The position numbers and the translations under genes were made by a program. Positions 39,818 to 61,427 of a stretch of DNA of 64,000 bases are shown piece by piece. The notes beneath the pieces are model-generated. The model searched no databases. It was not told where the DNA came from and saw only the letters and a list, made by a program, of their open reading frames with translations. Every line of letters starts with the position of its first letter. The first letter of the stretch is position 1. The stretch is from Eledone cirrhosa (lineage: Eukaryota), in assembly GCA_964016885.1 (NCBI GenBank), contig OZ024743.1, forward strand, positions 58,032,001 to 58,096,000. The letters are read 5' to 3'.

Positions 39818-40099
39818 ATATATATATCTTTTCAAGACTATACAGAGCATTTGAAGTTGTCCCAAATTGAATGATGAGTACTTTAGACTTTGTTTTATCA
39901 TGAGTTAAGGCTCTATTGATTTTTCCCTGGATTTCTCTAAATTCTGTTGGATAAATCTATATCCTGATTCTTTTTGAATTGAGTTTGAATTATTTTTCCC
40001 ATATCTTATGTTAACTATTTTCCCATTTTGACGCTATAGTCACTTATATATATTATGGAATACTGCTAGCTTCTCGCTACAATAATTTCTATACTTTTC

Positions 40100-40173
<74 letters not shown>

Positions 40174-40339
40174 CATATATATATATATACATATATATAT
40201 ATCATTATTTACTTTTACTATTATTAATAACCTCTGTAATAATTTTATTTACATTATACTCAAACTCCGGAGTTGGAAATCATTCGGTTATTCTAAATAG
40301 AATATTAGTTTAACGACTCCTTTTTACCATATGTAGTTC

Positions 40340-40676
<337 letters not shown>

Positions 40677-41412
40677 GTGTTTGTTTGTGTGAGTGTGTAA
40701 TGAATGTATATAGGTATACTGTTTATGTCCTCGTATAGAAGTGTGTAAATATTACGTATATCCTGAAATTAAGTGTGAATTAAATTTTCTATCTCCACAT
40801 TAAGTAGGACCATTTTGAGCATATCATTTGTGTGAGTCAACCACTTGTTACTACATGTCCGTCACTGAAGTGTTGATGAAGTGTTACACTAAACGTGTCT
40901 TAAATTTCAAGATTATTCCTGCATGAAATACAATGAAAAGAAATATAAATTGTTTTATGTGTTTGCTGCTTCATTTTATTACTTTCAATTTACAATTTAA
41001 GTTTCCCTTTCAACAGAGAAAATATAAAGTGAAATGTTGAGAAAGTCAGTTTGAACAACACTTCATCTCAATTAAACGTACATAAATGTACAATGTCTAA
41101 ATTGTACTGAATATATTTGTGCTGTTCAATAACAATGACACTCTGAAACCAACATCCTAATATAGAGCAGATTTAATTTAAAGTCTGTTTCAAATCTACT
41201 ATGCATTCCATATGCCCTTAACTGCTGATAGAACCGTAGAAATTCCGTCGTGACAATGTGATTTGAGCAGTTACACATGGCAGAGCCCATTCTACAACAG
41301 GTTTAAACATACCAGTTTCCTTCCAAAGAAAGTATGTAAGAGTGCAAGAGAAAAAGGATAAAATGGTATAGAAGAAAAAACGACCAGGTAATTGACTTGT
41401 ATTATATTTCTC

Positions 41413-41610
41413 GACGGTGGATTGGCAGTATCAATAGAGCGTCAGAAAACATGCTTTGCAGCTTAGAGTTATGGCCCTTTGCGTTCTGATTTCAAATCCC
41501 GCCGAAGTTAGCTTTGTCTTTCATCCTTATGTGGTCGATACAACAAAGCACCAGTAATGCACTGGGGGGATAATTGGAGGCCTTGTGCCAAAAGTAGATA
41601 CAATTATATT
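41413..41610 (+). mobile_element. tRNA-derived SINE copy
   Basis: Homologous to 24379..24570. Confidence 0.8.
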
Positions 41611-41972
41611 TCTCGTCCTCAAGAGGATGAAAGGCAAAGAGAACTGGCATGAATACCGCAAAACATTCTATCCGACGTGTTAACGACAGCCAATTCGTCG
41701 CTTTTTTATTCCAGGTTAGGGTTGTAAATATAGACAACCAAAATAATGTTGGTTGATGGTGTTATTGTTGCTGTTGTTGTAAATATATGGACAGAATGAC
41801 ATACAATTGGCTTCTTTCAATCTGCTCGAAACTATCATATCAAACCCAACACAAATATACATTATGTTATGGGGGGATTCAACGATTAGATTGGTGTCGT
41901 GCTGGAGCACCTCGAGTGTGTCAAACTGGTAACTTACGGAACATAAACGCAGACACGCATACATACATACAA

Positions 41973-42212
<240 letters not shown>

Positions 42213-42219
42213 TATGTAT

Positions 42220-42274
<55 letters not shown>

Positions 42275-42405
42275 TAAAAATTAGCGAGAATCGAATTTCA
42301 GCCCATGAAATAACGAGAAAACACTTTCGAATTGTGAAGCAAGCGCTCAATAATTCAAATGAATTAGAGCTTACAACTTACGTTAAAGGCCAAACACACT
42401 GAGAT

Positions 42406-42490
<85 letters not shown>

Positions 42491-42494
<4 letters not shown>

Positions 42495-42781
42495 CACATA
42501 AGAAACGGAGAATCAGTGTTGCGACGTATATAATTTATTAGACATATTACAATCGTTTCTCTGGCGACCAGCTCGAGGCACGGTCGATGTAATGATCGAA
42601 CCTGACTCTGAAATCGCAAGGTCGTCAGTTACGTCTCGATTCTACGTGATATATCTAATAAATTTTATTCTTCGCAACACTGATTCTCTGTTTCTTATGT
42701 GATATCATACTCTGTAATAAGAACGAGTGCTCAAACGGCCTACCGCTTACGGACGCTTTAAGCATTCCACACCAATGATAC
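42491..42781. mobile_element. Tails-out PLE remnant with a minus-strand HHR (42541..42635)
   Basis: Inverted repeat 42491..42540 vs ~42655..42705. Minus strand reads GACGTAa CTGACGA ... GAAA CGATTG TA aTATGTC. Confidence 0.7.
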
Positions 42782-43261
42782 ATATATATATACGGTATAT
42801 ATATATATATAAACAACGAGTTCCAGTTATCATCAACCAAATTCCATTCAAAAGGCATTGGTCAAACCTGGGCTATAATAGACGATAATTTTTCCCACCA
42901 AAGTTGCCATGTAGCAGGAATAGGCCTGAAACAACGTCGTTGCCAAGCGAACTCCTTAACCACAAATGATACACCTTCTCTTGTCCTTCTATTTTAGATA
43001 TATAATAGAAATCTATGTCTATCGAAGACATTAGTGTACTACAGGTTATATGGTATTGATTTATCTGGTATAGAGTTGATTAAAATATTATACACATTAT
43101 ATCATACTTCTGTTACTGTGTGGAATAGATCCTCGTTGAAGGCCTCTGGTACTGTGGAACGAATGTGCATTTTCTGATGATAGGTTTCACTATTTAATGC
43201 ATGACAATGTATATGGTATTAATTTATCTTGGATAGAGTTGTATGAAATTTATATATAATA

Positions 43262-43449
43262 TATAATTGTTTCTACTTTAGGCACAAAGCCAGCAATTAA
43301 CCAGTACATTACTGGTACTTTATTTTATCGACCCCGTAAGGATGAAAGGCAAAGTTAACCTCGGCGGGATTTGAACTCAGACTGTAAAGAGACGTAACTA
43401 TGCTAGAAAGCATGGCGTCCAACCCTCTACCGATACTGCCAATTCACCG
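43262..43449 (-). mobile_element. tRNA-derived SINE copy
   Basis: Reverse complement of 24379..24570. Confidence 0.8.
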
Positions 43450-44429
43450 AATGCCTCTGACAGTGTGTGGACAACCACCTCCTAATCAAAAGTATTTGCT
43501 ACGCAGGGATTCTCTGATGATAGTAGTAAGTTCATACAAATAATAAGGTATTAAATTTTCTGGTATAATAAAAAATAATTATAATGTAATTGCCGTTGAA
43601 AGGGAAACTTAAATTGTAAATTGAAAGTAATAAAATGAAGGGGAAAACACATAAAAAAATTTATTTTTTTCATTGTATTTCATGCGCGGAATAATTTTGA
43701 AATTTAAGAGGCGTTCAGTGTAACACTTCGTCAACACTTCAATCTAATGTAATTGCCAAAAGAGTCAAATAATTTGGATTTTACCTATATTTTGGAATAC
43801 GTTTGGATGCGGCATAACAGGAATAGAAAAGAGACCATATATGAAGAAATTCTTTCAAATGAATACATAGAAGTTTTTGGCAACAAAAGAAACATAAAAG
43901 ACGGATCCCCTTGGATGAGGTTTGAATACAGTACTGGAGGCACAGAAATTATATTATCGGCAAGTATTTCTTCATTCTTTACTTTTTATTTTATTATTTT
44001 AGTCCTATGATGCAGGTCATATCGATATTGGTCCTTACAATTTTTCTTACTATTTTATTTAATATTTTAGCAACCACGTTTTGTTAAACCGCTAGGGTAC
44101 GGTACACACACACACGCGCGCGCACAAACATAAATACACAAACACACAGGAAAAACAAAAGAAGAATAAATGAAATAATATGTGGAAGTAAAGAGAGTTT
44201 ATGTAAACAGTTTGACTTCTCCATTATCAGTGGTTTCAGAGCAAAAACACATCCAAATCCTTCCTGCAAATAAGTGAAAAATATTTTTTGCTCATATGTA
44301 AAGGACTTACATTTGTTCAGTCCTATAGAACTACTATTAATGTAGAAATAAGACAAAATGTAAATATCAAGCAATTATATATATACAGAAGTACGCTTAT
44401 CTAATTATCTATCTATCTATCTATCTCTC

Positions 44430-44468
<39 letters not shown>

Positions 44469-45134
44469 ATATATATATATATTAGCCGAATTCCCCCCGT
44501 CTTGCTGCGTTTCAAACATTTATTTTTGTAAGAAAATGATGATTGATTTTAAGTCAGTGATATAATTTATGGAGAAAAACTTTGCATTTCAATATTACTC
44601 AATGTAAAATGCAATGCATGAATAATTGGAAAATATTATTTTTTGTAATATATCAAATCAAAATTACATTATTAAATCTTATTCTTATTTTGTTTCTTGT
44701 AAATAATTATTTTCAAAATATCAATTCAAAACTTTTGTGAATAGGAATCATATCTTGTCATTTACCTTTGGTTTTACATTTCATATAATTCGAAGGGAAA
44801 AAATTTTCAGCGGGGGTTTTTGCCCCCGGGGAACGACTAATGGGAGGTTTAACTCCCATTAGGGTGTTTTAATATTACTGAACTTTGCTGAAATTTTGTG
44901 AATAGGCATCATATCTTGTCATTTACCTATGGTTTAAATTTCATATGAATCGAAGGGAGGACATTTTTAGAGGAGGCTTTCAGCGGGGGTTTTGTGCCCC
45001 CGGGAACCCTTTGATTAAGAAGAAATATACTTATCCAAGTACCCTGGGAAATGTAGTTTCAGAATATATATGGTTATGGGGGTCTATCTCCCAAACCAAA
45101 GGAGTATTTCGTGAACTACTCCTATGGTTTTGGA

Positions 45135-45219
<85 letters not shown>

Positions 45220-45333
45220 GTATATATATATGTATACATATGTATATATATATATATCTATCTCCCCCCCCTTTAATGTATTTCCCCCACTCCCCCACAC
45301 ACCCTCGGAACTCTCTTTCTGACCACTTTTCTC

Positions 45334-45364
45334 CTGATGAAGGGCTTATACCCGAAACGTCGTC
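45334..45364 (+). ncRNA. Minimal HHR core in a PLE tail remnant
   Basis: CTGATGA-AGGGCTTATACCC-GAAA-CGTCG-TC. Stem I is not evident. Confidence 0.6.
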
Positions 45365-45541
45365 CCCCACCCCTCCACTCTGAGGCGTGAAACTAATATT
45401 AACATTTGTACTGCCTCTTCGATTTCTATTTATTTTGTTTTCTGTTTAATGTCTCAACTTTAAAATATATATACATATTTATATATACATATTTATATAT
45501 TTCGTTTCTGAATTTGCATGACCCTCCCAAAGTATAACAAC

Positions 45542-45576
<35 letters not shown>

Positions 45577-45612
45577 CATATATATATGTATATATATATA
45601 TATATAATATAT

Positions 45613-46208
45613 GTCAGGTCACCACTTGGTGCTACTGGTAACATGTATCCCAGTACAACCTGTCTCATGGTCGGCTAAACTGGCAACCCCACTAAGGTTT
45701 CTTGGTGAGGAGGGTGACTTTGGACATCCTACAGGACTAAAAACAAACCTGTCAAAGGGCAGAGGAGCTCTTAAGAGTCAATGGCCATCCAAAATCACTG
45801 GGAGAGATGACCCCTTAGCCTTTGTCAAGGCAGAATTCTAGGAGAAGGAAAACTCTGATATAACACCTGCAACCCTGATGGTATCCAATGATGTTGACTT
45901 GTTCTTCTTTTTGGGAAATATCATCTTGGTTAAGAGAGTGGGACTGGCTTTGTGCAGTGCCTTTGCTCACTATAAAAGATTCACGGCACAGGCATTGCTT
46001 TGTATCTGGAGATCTCTCTGCACTTGTCATCACATGGTACCATGGGCCCAGCACTATGTGTCAATAATTGTCACAAGTGTAGTGTTTGTGCCAGAGTTTT
46101 CAAGTCGCTGGCTGGACTAAAAAGTCACACTCGTTCAGCGCATTGGTAGGGGTTCTCCTACATGGATATAAAGTAGTGGCCATACTCGAAAACGAGTTGG
46201 CAGCCACC
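45613..46208 (+). mobile_element. Bipartite RTE derivative, copy 6 (dispersed, in TA context)
   Basis: Homologous to 12448..13054, with a small deletion in the 5' motif. Confidence 0.85.
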
Positions 46209-48690
<2,482 letters not shown>

Positions 48691-49161
48691 GTTTTTTTGT
48701 GAACGTGTGACTGTTGATTTTTGGCATATAGTTGATTAGTTTAAGAGAAGTTCGAAGATAATTGTAAGATATGCACTCAGTATTTTGAATCTGTCTACAG
48801 AATTCTCTAAACCTTTGTCACTTAGTAGAACCTTAACGAATTTAGCTTTTAAAGAATCTCCCTTTCCTTTAATCCTATCTACCATGACTGACCCCCCACT
48901 GATCTTATAGACATCTGTTAGCTTAAGAGAATCTTAATGACAAGGAATGGTATGCCATCCGGAACCTGTTTATAGAATTCTGTCTGCCTTTGTTACTCTA
49001 AAAACAAAAATTAATAAAAATAAACTATAGCTTTGTAGAATTAGCTTTTAATGAATTCCCTTTTCTATCAACCAATGACCTACACCCATCCCACTCCCCA
49101 CCCTCTCCTACCACTTGTAGAGACCTATAAATACCATATTTATTTTTTGATACCCAGATTC

Positions 49162-49190
49162 CTGATGATTTCTAAAGAATGAAACAGTTC
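49162..49190 (+). ncRNA. HHR core (same family as 25019)
   Basis: CTGATGA-TTTCTAAAGAAT-GAAA-CAGTTC. Confidence 0.55.
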
Positions 49191-49222
49191 TAGTCCTGTA
49201 GAATCTCATCTATATTAAAACT

Positions 49223-49292
<70 letters not shown>

Positions 49293-49340
49293 TATAGATA
49301 GGTAAATATACACGGGTGTGTATGATTGTGTATAGAAGAT

Positions 49341-49746
49341 TATATTAATAAGAGGAATTCCAACTTTGTCTGATTTACTCGTTTTATTTACAATCCTTTA
49401 AAATATATATAATATAATATGGTATTATAATGAAATAGTATGATAGAATATTAAATTCTAAGTGTTAATTGAACAAGTACTTTCATGCTTTCGCAATCTT
49501 CAGGTTCATGATATGTGGTGACAGTCGAGTTTGCAATTTTCAACAGAAAATTGCAAACTCGACTGTCACCACATATCATGAACCTGAAGATTGCGAAAGC
49601 ATGAAAGTACTTGTTCAATTAACACTTAGAATTTAATATTCTATCATACTATTTCATTATAATACCATATTATATTATATATATTTTTAAAGGATTGTAA
49701 ATAAAACGAGTAAATCAGACAAAGTTGGAATTCCTCTTATTAATAT
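49341..49746. mobile_element. Fold-back PLE pLTR pair (arms 49341..49541 and 49546..49746)
   Basis: Near-perfect 200-bp inverted repeat with a 4-nt spacer. Confidence 0.85.
49579..49617 (+). ncRNA. Minimal type I HHR (mirror ~49470..49508 on -)
   Basis: TGAAC CTGAAGA TTGC GAAA GCAT GAAA GTAC TT GTTCA: 5-bp stem I, GNRA-capped stem II, palindromic stem III. Confidence 0.85.
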
Positions 49747-49764
49747 ATATATATATATATATAG

Positions 49765-50623
49765 TTTCTCTTCTTGCTCACATCTCACTCACGTCGGGCG
49801 GTCTGTAACTCGATCGCTCTTGAAATCCACCCAGCTTAACCTGACCGGATAAACATGTTGCTTGTTTATTCCTATCTTTGCGTTGCTTTCATCCTTCTAT
49901 GTTGTTTACTTGTCTCACTCGCTTTACGCGATTTACTTGTCCCAATAGCTTTATATAGCTATTGCTCGCACCAACCTGAGGTATATGATTTTTACTGCTA
50001 TGAAATATCAATGATGGTTGGAAAATCACTGACGAAGGACTATTTTTATCATATGTAACCCATGTGCAACCACGCAGTATTCTTCTTTCTTCTCATGTTT
50101 TTTATATATATTTACCTCGACTGCGTTTTTCTGTTTCTCTCTTACTGCTTCTCCGTTCTCTCTGTTACTCTCACCTTCTTTCACCTCCTCTGTCAGTTAC
50201 ACTTTCTCTCGACTGACCTCTTCTTCGCACTTCCACTCACGCACTCTCTGTTTCTCCCCTTCTCACTTCCTCCCGTTTGGCTTGTAGTGGGTTCTCTTCT
50301 TGCTCACATCTCACTCACGTCGGACGTTCTGTATGTCGATCGCTCATGAAATCCACCCAGATTATGCTGAGCGGATAACCATGTTGCTTGTTTATTCCTA
50401 TCTTTGCGTTGCTTTCATCCTTCTATGTTGTTTACTTGTCTCACTCGCTTTACGCGATTTACTTGTCCCAATAGCTTTATTTAGCTATTGCTCGCACCAA
50501 CCTGAGGTATATGCTTTTTAATGCGATGAAATATCAATGATGGTTGGAAAATCACTGACGAAGGACTATTTTTATCATATGTAACCCATGTGCAACCACG
50601 CAGTATTCTTCTTTCTTCTCATG

Positions 50624-50630
<7 letters not shown>
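49765..50630. repeat. Two ~340-bp direct repeats (period 525 bp) between (TA)n tracts
   Basis: 49765..50105 matches 50291..50630. Confidence 0.9.
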
Positions 50631-50674
<44 letters not shown>

Positions 50675-50695
50675 GCATATATATATATATATATA

Positions 50696-50729
<34 letters not shown>

Positions 50730-50734
<5 letters not shown>

Positions 50735-51706
50735 ACTAGAAATTGATAAACATATAAATAAACATGAATAATCACAGGAGATAATTTTTACAAGTGTGTA
50801 ACCACACATAACTAGGTAGGTAACTAAATAAAGTTGACCAGAACTTCAAATAATATGATTAATCTTCCCTGTATATATTCCATTAAAGAGATATATTTCA
50901 CCAATTAATCGATACTTGGATTTTCAACAAGGAAGAAGTCCAGCCATCTGTGTTTACGCATTAGTAACACGTGCTGTATCTACTAAAAATACACACCTCA
51001 TACCAACTTCGTCCCAGTGGCGTGAATAGGGTTATCGACAACTAGAAACAGCAGTCGAGTCCTTTCAACAGAGTTAGCTCTACAATTAAGGAGCCGTATT
51101 TATATATCTATATCCAAAATTAAGATAAATCAAATGAATTTAATCTAAATCAAAATTATGGGTGTCATGCCAGAAAGACATGCGCCATATCACCCGCAAA
51201 ATAAGCTCTAAGATTCTAACGAGTAGGTCCGAGCATTTTATAATAACTAGAAATTGATTAACATATAAATAAACATGAATAATCACAGGAGATAATTTTT
51301 ACAAGTGTGTAACCACACATAGCTAGGAAGGTAACTAAATAAAGTTGACCAGAACTTCAAAAATAGATACCTTATAATATGATTAATCTTCCCTGTATAT
51401 ATTCCATTAAAGAAATATATTTCACCAATTAATCGAATGGTAAACCACAGAAGCGGATACTTGGATTTTCAACAAGGAAGAAGTTTCTTGTTGCTGGCCA
51501 ATCGCTGATTTGAACTTGAAGTGTAAACACTGATCGCTGGAACTTCTTGTTTATTTATATGTTAATCAATTTCTAGTTATTATAAAATGCTCGGATCTAC
51601 TCGTTAGAATCTTAGAGCTTATTTTGCGGGTGATATGGCGCATGTCTTTCTGGCATGACACCCATAATTTTGATTTAGATTAAAGTCATTTGATTTATCT
51701 TAATTT

Positions 51707-51708
<2 letters not shown>
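50730..51708. repeat. Direct (50730..50940 / 51241..51483) plus inverted (51114..51275 / 51548..51708) repeat structure, probable PLE remnant
   Basis: Repeats are visible and flanked by (TA)n. Confidence 0.7.
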
Positions 51709-51745
<37 letters not shown>

Positions 51746-51748
<3 letters not shown>

Positions 51749-53581
51749 AGAGTATTGAAGTTTGCTTGAAGCATTGTGGAATAATAAGTAAATATCTTTA
51801 AGTCGTTTGGAAGCCTCGACAATGCAAATGGGTAAATCTCTGGGTAACAAGATCCGGTGGTGGAGAGAGAGATGTAAGTGGGTGTACGTTGAGATGCGTG
51901 GTGTGTATAAGATGTGTAAGATGTGTAGAATGAAGGGAAGAGTATAAAGGATAAAATAAAAATAACAACACAAGAGAGAGTTACCTTGGGAGAGATTTAA
52001 TAGTCCCTATAAATTACGGATTCACATCCATCAACTGGGTTTTTTTTCCGGGGTGGGGGAAAAGGTTGTCTGTCGGACAGGTGCGAAACGCGTCCTCCGC
52101 TGTTTGTTGTTTTGAATATCTGAGGTATTCGACAGAGCGCGCGTGCGCGTTAAATGGGGTCGGTCGGGCAGAGGTCAGCGGCCGAATTAGGGAGTGGGAT
52201 GGCGCTAGCTGTCAGTCCATTCTCTGCCTGTTTGTTAAAAGTTACTGTGTGTGTGTGCGTGTGTTGTTGTCTCGCTTAAGTGTGTGTGTGTGTGTGTGTG
52301 CGTGTGCTGTTGCCTTGTTCCTCTGTATTGGCAGTGTAGTATGTTCGTATGGTGGAATGCTACTGTGTGTGTGCGCGCGTGTGTGTGTAGTTGTCTCGTT
52401 TGTGTGTGTGTGTGTGCGTGTGTTGTGTGTTGCTGCATCGTTTGTTAACTTAAACCAGCCATCTCATTTCGCTTCTCTCTGATCGGTTGTTTATAATTGG
52501 CGGTTGTGATGTCTCAGGATCTGTTTAATACACGTGCGATGTATGCGGTTAGTGGTGTTTTGGAAAGCTGGTGTACGTAGGCTTACTGGTAAGCGGATGT
52601 TCCTGATGGTGTTGGGGATGGCATCGTTTTTTAGGCAGCGTTTCAGGAAAATAATTTGACAGCCATCGTTGGCTCATTTCTCCGACAGTCTAAACAGTTC
52701 CCTTACGGATGCAAACAATTCCTGGCTCAGGTGTAAGGATAAGAGAGTATTGAAGTTTGCTTGAAGCATTGTGGAATAATAAGTAAATATCTTTAAGTCG
52801 TTTGGAAGCCTCGACAATGCAAATGGGTAAATCTCCGGGTAACAAGATCCGGTGGTGCAGAGAGAGATGTAAGTGGGTGTACGTTGAGATGCGTGGTGTG
52901 TATAAGATGTGTAAGATGTGTAGAATGAAGGGAAGAGTATAAAGGATAAAATTAAAATAACAACACAAGAGAGAGTTACCTTGAGAGAGATTTAATAGTC
53001 CCTATATATTTCGGATTCACATCCATCAACTGGGTTTTTTTTCCGGGGTGGGGGAAAAGGTTGTCTGTCGGACAAGTGCGAAACGCGTCCTCCGCTGTTT
53101 GTTGTTTTGAATATCTGAGGTATTCGGCAGAGCGCGCGTGCGCGTGAAATGGGGTCGGTCGGGCAGAGGTCAGCGGCCGAATGAGGGAGTGGAATGGCGC
53201 TAGCTGTCAATCCATTCTCTGGCTGTTTGGCGCGCTCTGCCGAATACCTCAGATATTCAAAACAACAAACAGCGGAGGACGCGTTTAGCACCTGTCCGAC
53301 AGACAACCTTTTCCCCCACCCCGGAAAAAAACCCCGGTTGATGGATGTGAATCCGAAATTTATAGGGACTATTAAATCTCTCCCAAGGTAACTCTCTCTT
53401 GTGTTGTTATTTTAATTTTATCCTTTATACTCTTCCCTTCTTTCTACACATCTTACACATCTTATACACCCCACGCATCTCAACGTACACCCAATTACAT
53501 CTCTCTCTCCACCACCGGATCTTGTTACCCGGAGATTTACCCATTTGCATTGTCGAGGCTTCCAAACGACTTAAAGATATT

Positions 53582-53584
<3 letters not shown>
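51746..53584 (-). mobile_element. Non-autonomous PLE: two ~485-bp direct pLTRs (51746..52231, 52741..53227), an N-terminal ORF remnant and an inverted pLTR (53230..53584)
   Basis: Repeat period 995 bp. Minus strand ~52494..52660 reads QIIFLKRCLKNDAIPNTIRNIRLP, a PLE N-terminal FL.RC...IP motif. Confidence 0.7.
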
Positions 53585-53623
<39 letters not shown>

Positions 53624-53849
53624 TATACATAAATATATATATATAAATATATATATAAATATATATATACATATATATATATTTATATGTATATATATAT
53701 TTATATATATATGATTATATATATATATATGTATATATATAATCATATATATATAAATATATATATGCATATATATATATGTATATATATATTTATATGT
53801 ATATATATATGATTATATATATATATATGTGTATATATATATATATATG

Positions 53850-53939
<90 letters not shown>

Positions 53940-53941
53940 TA

Positions 53942-53995
<54 letters not shown>

Positions 53996-54210
53996 ATTAA
54001 ATAAATGGAAACTATATTTATAAAACCATATTTATTTCATTATATATATTTCAGGGATATCATATTAACAATATGTTATGCCTTCATCAGACAAAATACA
54101 ATATAAACAGTCTTATAAATAAATAGATATGACATACCTTTCAATCGACTTGCATTTGGGAAGTTGATTTGGCAGTAAAAAATATTGTGGACAGTTGTAA
54201 AAAGAAAGAG

Positions 54211-54241
<31 letters not shown>

Positions 54242-54414
54242 AAAACGAAGAAAAAGAAGAAATGCATGTGACTAAATAGAGAGATATAGAAAGATAGATA
54301 AAGAGAAGAACTTCATGTAAAGGAACAGAGAGAGATAAATAGAGAGAGGAAAAAAAGAAAGAGATAGATAGAGATAGATATAGAAACTAGGTAGTTGAGT
54401 ATCAGTTGATACAT

Positions 54415-54465
<51 letters not shown>

Positions 54466-54929
54466 GCTCTAGTATTAATGTAAAGAGAGATGTATGTAGT
54501 TAAGAGAGAAAATAGCCGTTATATAGAGAGAAAAAAAGAGAAAATGAAAAAGAGAAAATGAAAAATAACCAGACATAAACGAGGCAGAATTTAAAAAACG
54601 CTATGTTTCATCATGTAGAAAATATTAGTTCGTATAAAACAGGCATTATAATGTAAATATCAGTATTCATGAATGAGACATGTATCTATAATGTGTGAAA
54701 AGTAATGATCTTATGTCTAGTTTTTAAAAATTCATGTTTATATCATAATTATAAACAAACTCCCAATTCACACGAACACATTCTCATTGTGCTATAAAAA
54801 TTCAAGTATACATATATGTGTGTATATATACACATATATATAGTCTATATTAATTTTAACAATACTATTCTTGTCTTTACTCTACATGATTGTCGATCAA
54901 GGAGAAATAGAGAACAGATTTAAATATAT

Positions 54930-54954
54930 TAATAAAAATAAAAATAAAAATAAA

Positions 54955-54985
<31 letters not shown>

Positions 54986-55106
54986 TAAAAATAAAAATAA
55001 AAATAAAAATAAAAATAAAAATAAAAATAAAAATAAAAATAAAAATAAAAATAAAAATAAAAATAAAAATAAAAATAAAAATAAAAATAAAAATAAAAAT
55101 AAAAAT
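54930..55106. repeat. (TAAAAA)n hexamer tract
   Basis: Directly visible. Confidence 0.95.
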
Positions 55107-55350
55107 ATCAGAGACAAGAAAATAAAATCTCTCTGTTCCTTTACATGAAGTTCTTCTCTTTATCTATCTTTCTATATCTCTCTATTTAGTCACATGCATT
55201 TCTTCTTTTTCTTCGTTTTTCTTTCTTTCTTTCTTTCTCTCTTTCTTTTTACAACTGTCCACAATATTTTTTACTGCCAAATCAACTTCCCAAATGCAAG
55301 TCGATGGAAAGGTATGTCATATCTATTTATTTATAAAACTGTTTATATTG

Positions 55351-55416
55351 TATTTTGTCTGATGAAGGCATAACATATTGTTAATATGATATCCCTGAAA
55401 TATATATAATGAAATA
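55351..55416 (+). ncRNA. Type I HHR (mirror ~54040..54100 on -)
   Basis: TATTTTGT CTGATGA AGG...CCT GAAA TATATA TA ATGAAATA. Confidence 0.75.
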
Positions 55417-55544
55417 AATATGGTTTTATAAATATAGTTTCCATTTATTTAATATCATAAATATACTCCAAATACTTGTTGAGTGCTTTTATATCAGTTA
55501 TAAATATTTACTCGTTGTTAACCCAACAATTTAAATATAACTTT

Positions 55545-55618
<74 letters not shown>

Positions 55619-55629
55619 TTATATATGAT

Positions 55630-55692
<63 letters not shown>

Positions 55693-55693
55693 G

Positions 55694-55745
<52 letters not shown>

Positions 55746-55795
55746 CACATATATATATATATGTGTGTGTATATAAATATATATATATATATATG

Positions 55796-60743
<4,948 letters not shown>

Positions 60744-60763
60744 GATTATATATATATATATAT

Positions 60764-61185
60764 AGCACCAAACTTTGCACCAAACTAGCACCAAACTTTG
60801 GTATTGGGAGCTGGACCAACCGTCGAACAGGACGTCACTGTGTGGTGCCAAAGGTCCCGTCTTCCACATCTAGAATAAGGAGCAGGTATTGCAATAGCCT
60901 GGGATTGAAGGGCCCTCAACTCTTCAACAGGCTGCCGAGGGATCTGAGAAACTTTAATGACGTGGAGGTGGATGTCTTCAAGAAACATCTCGACACCTTG
61001 TTATCCAGGATCCCGGATGAGCCCACAGCAAGACACGAGGGAAACCTAAGGGCAGCAGCAACAAACTCCACTTTACACCAGTGGCCAACCTATACAAGCT
61101 GGAGATAAAATGTGTAGCAACAAGGGCGGTGCCCCAGCATGGCCTCAGCCGGATGGCTGAAACAGGTAAAAGAGTAAAAGAGTAA
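60764..61185 (+). mobile_element. CR1-like LINE 3' end
   Basis: GPQLFNRLPRDLRN...VFKKHLD.LL..IPDEP...RAAATNS, with a short tandem tail (GTAAAAGA)n. Confidence 0.8.
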
Positions 61186-61188
61186 ATA

Positions 61189-61334
<146 letters not shown>

Positions 61335-61387
61335 TTTTATTTATATATATATATATATGTATATATATATTTATATATATTTGATTA

Positions 61388-61422
<35 letters not shown>

Positions 61423-61427
<5 letters not shown>

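Larger units (their letters stand above)
53991..55547. mobile_element. Tails-out PLE 3' UTR pair (arms ~53991..54333 and ~55127..55458) enclosing (TTTA)n and (TAAAAA)n
   Basis: Inverted repeat is visible, with an HHR in each arm. Confidence 0.8.

Noticed and set aside
44190-44285. Possible minus-strand host exon after TTTTCACTTATTTGCAG
   Set aside because: No recognisable protein motif and no partner exons.
44480-45010. Helitron/Helentron-like non-autonomous element with an internal direct repeat
   Set aside because: Only a vague terminal resemblance; ends and hairpin could not be defined.
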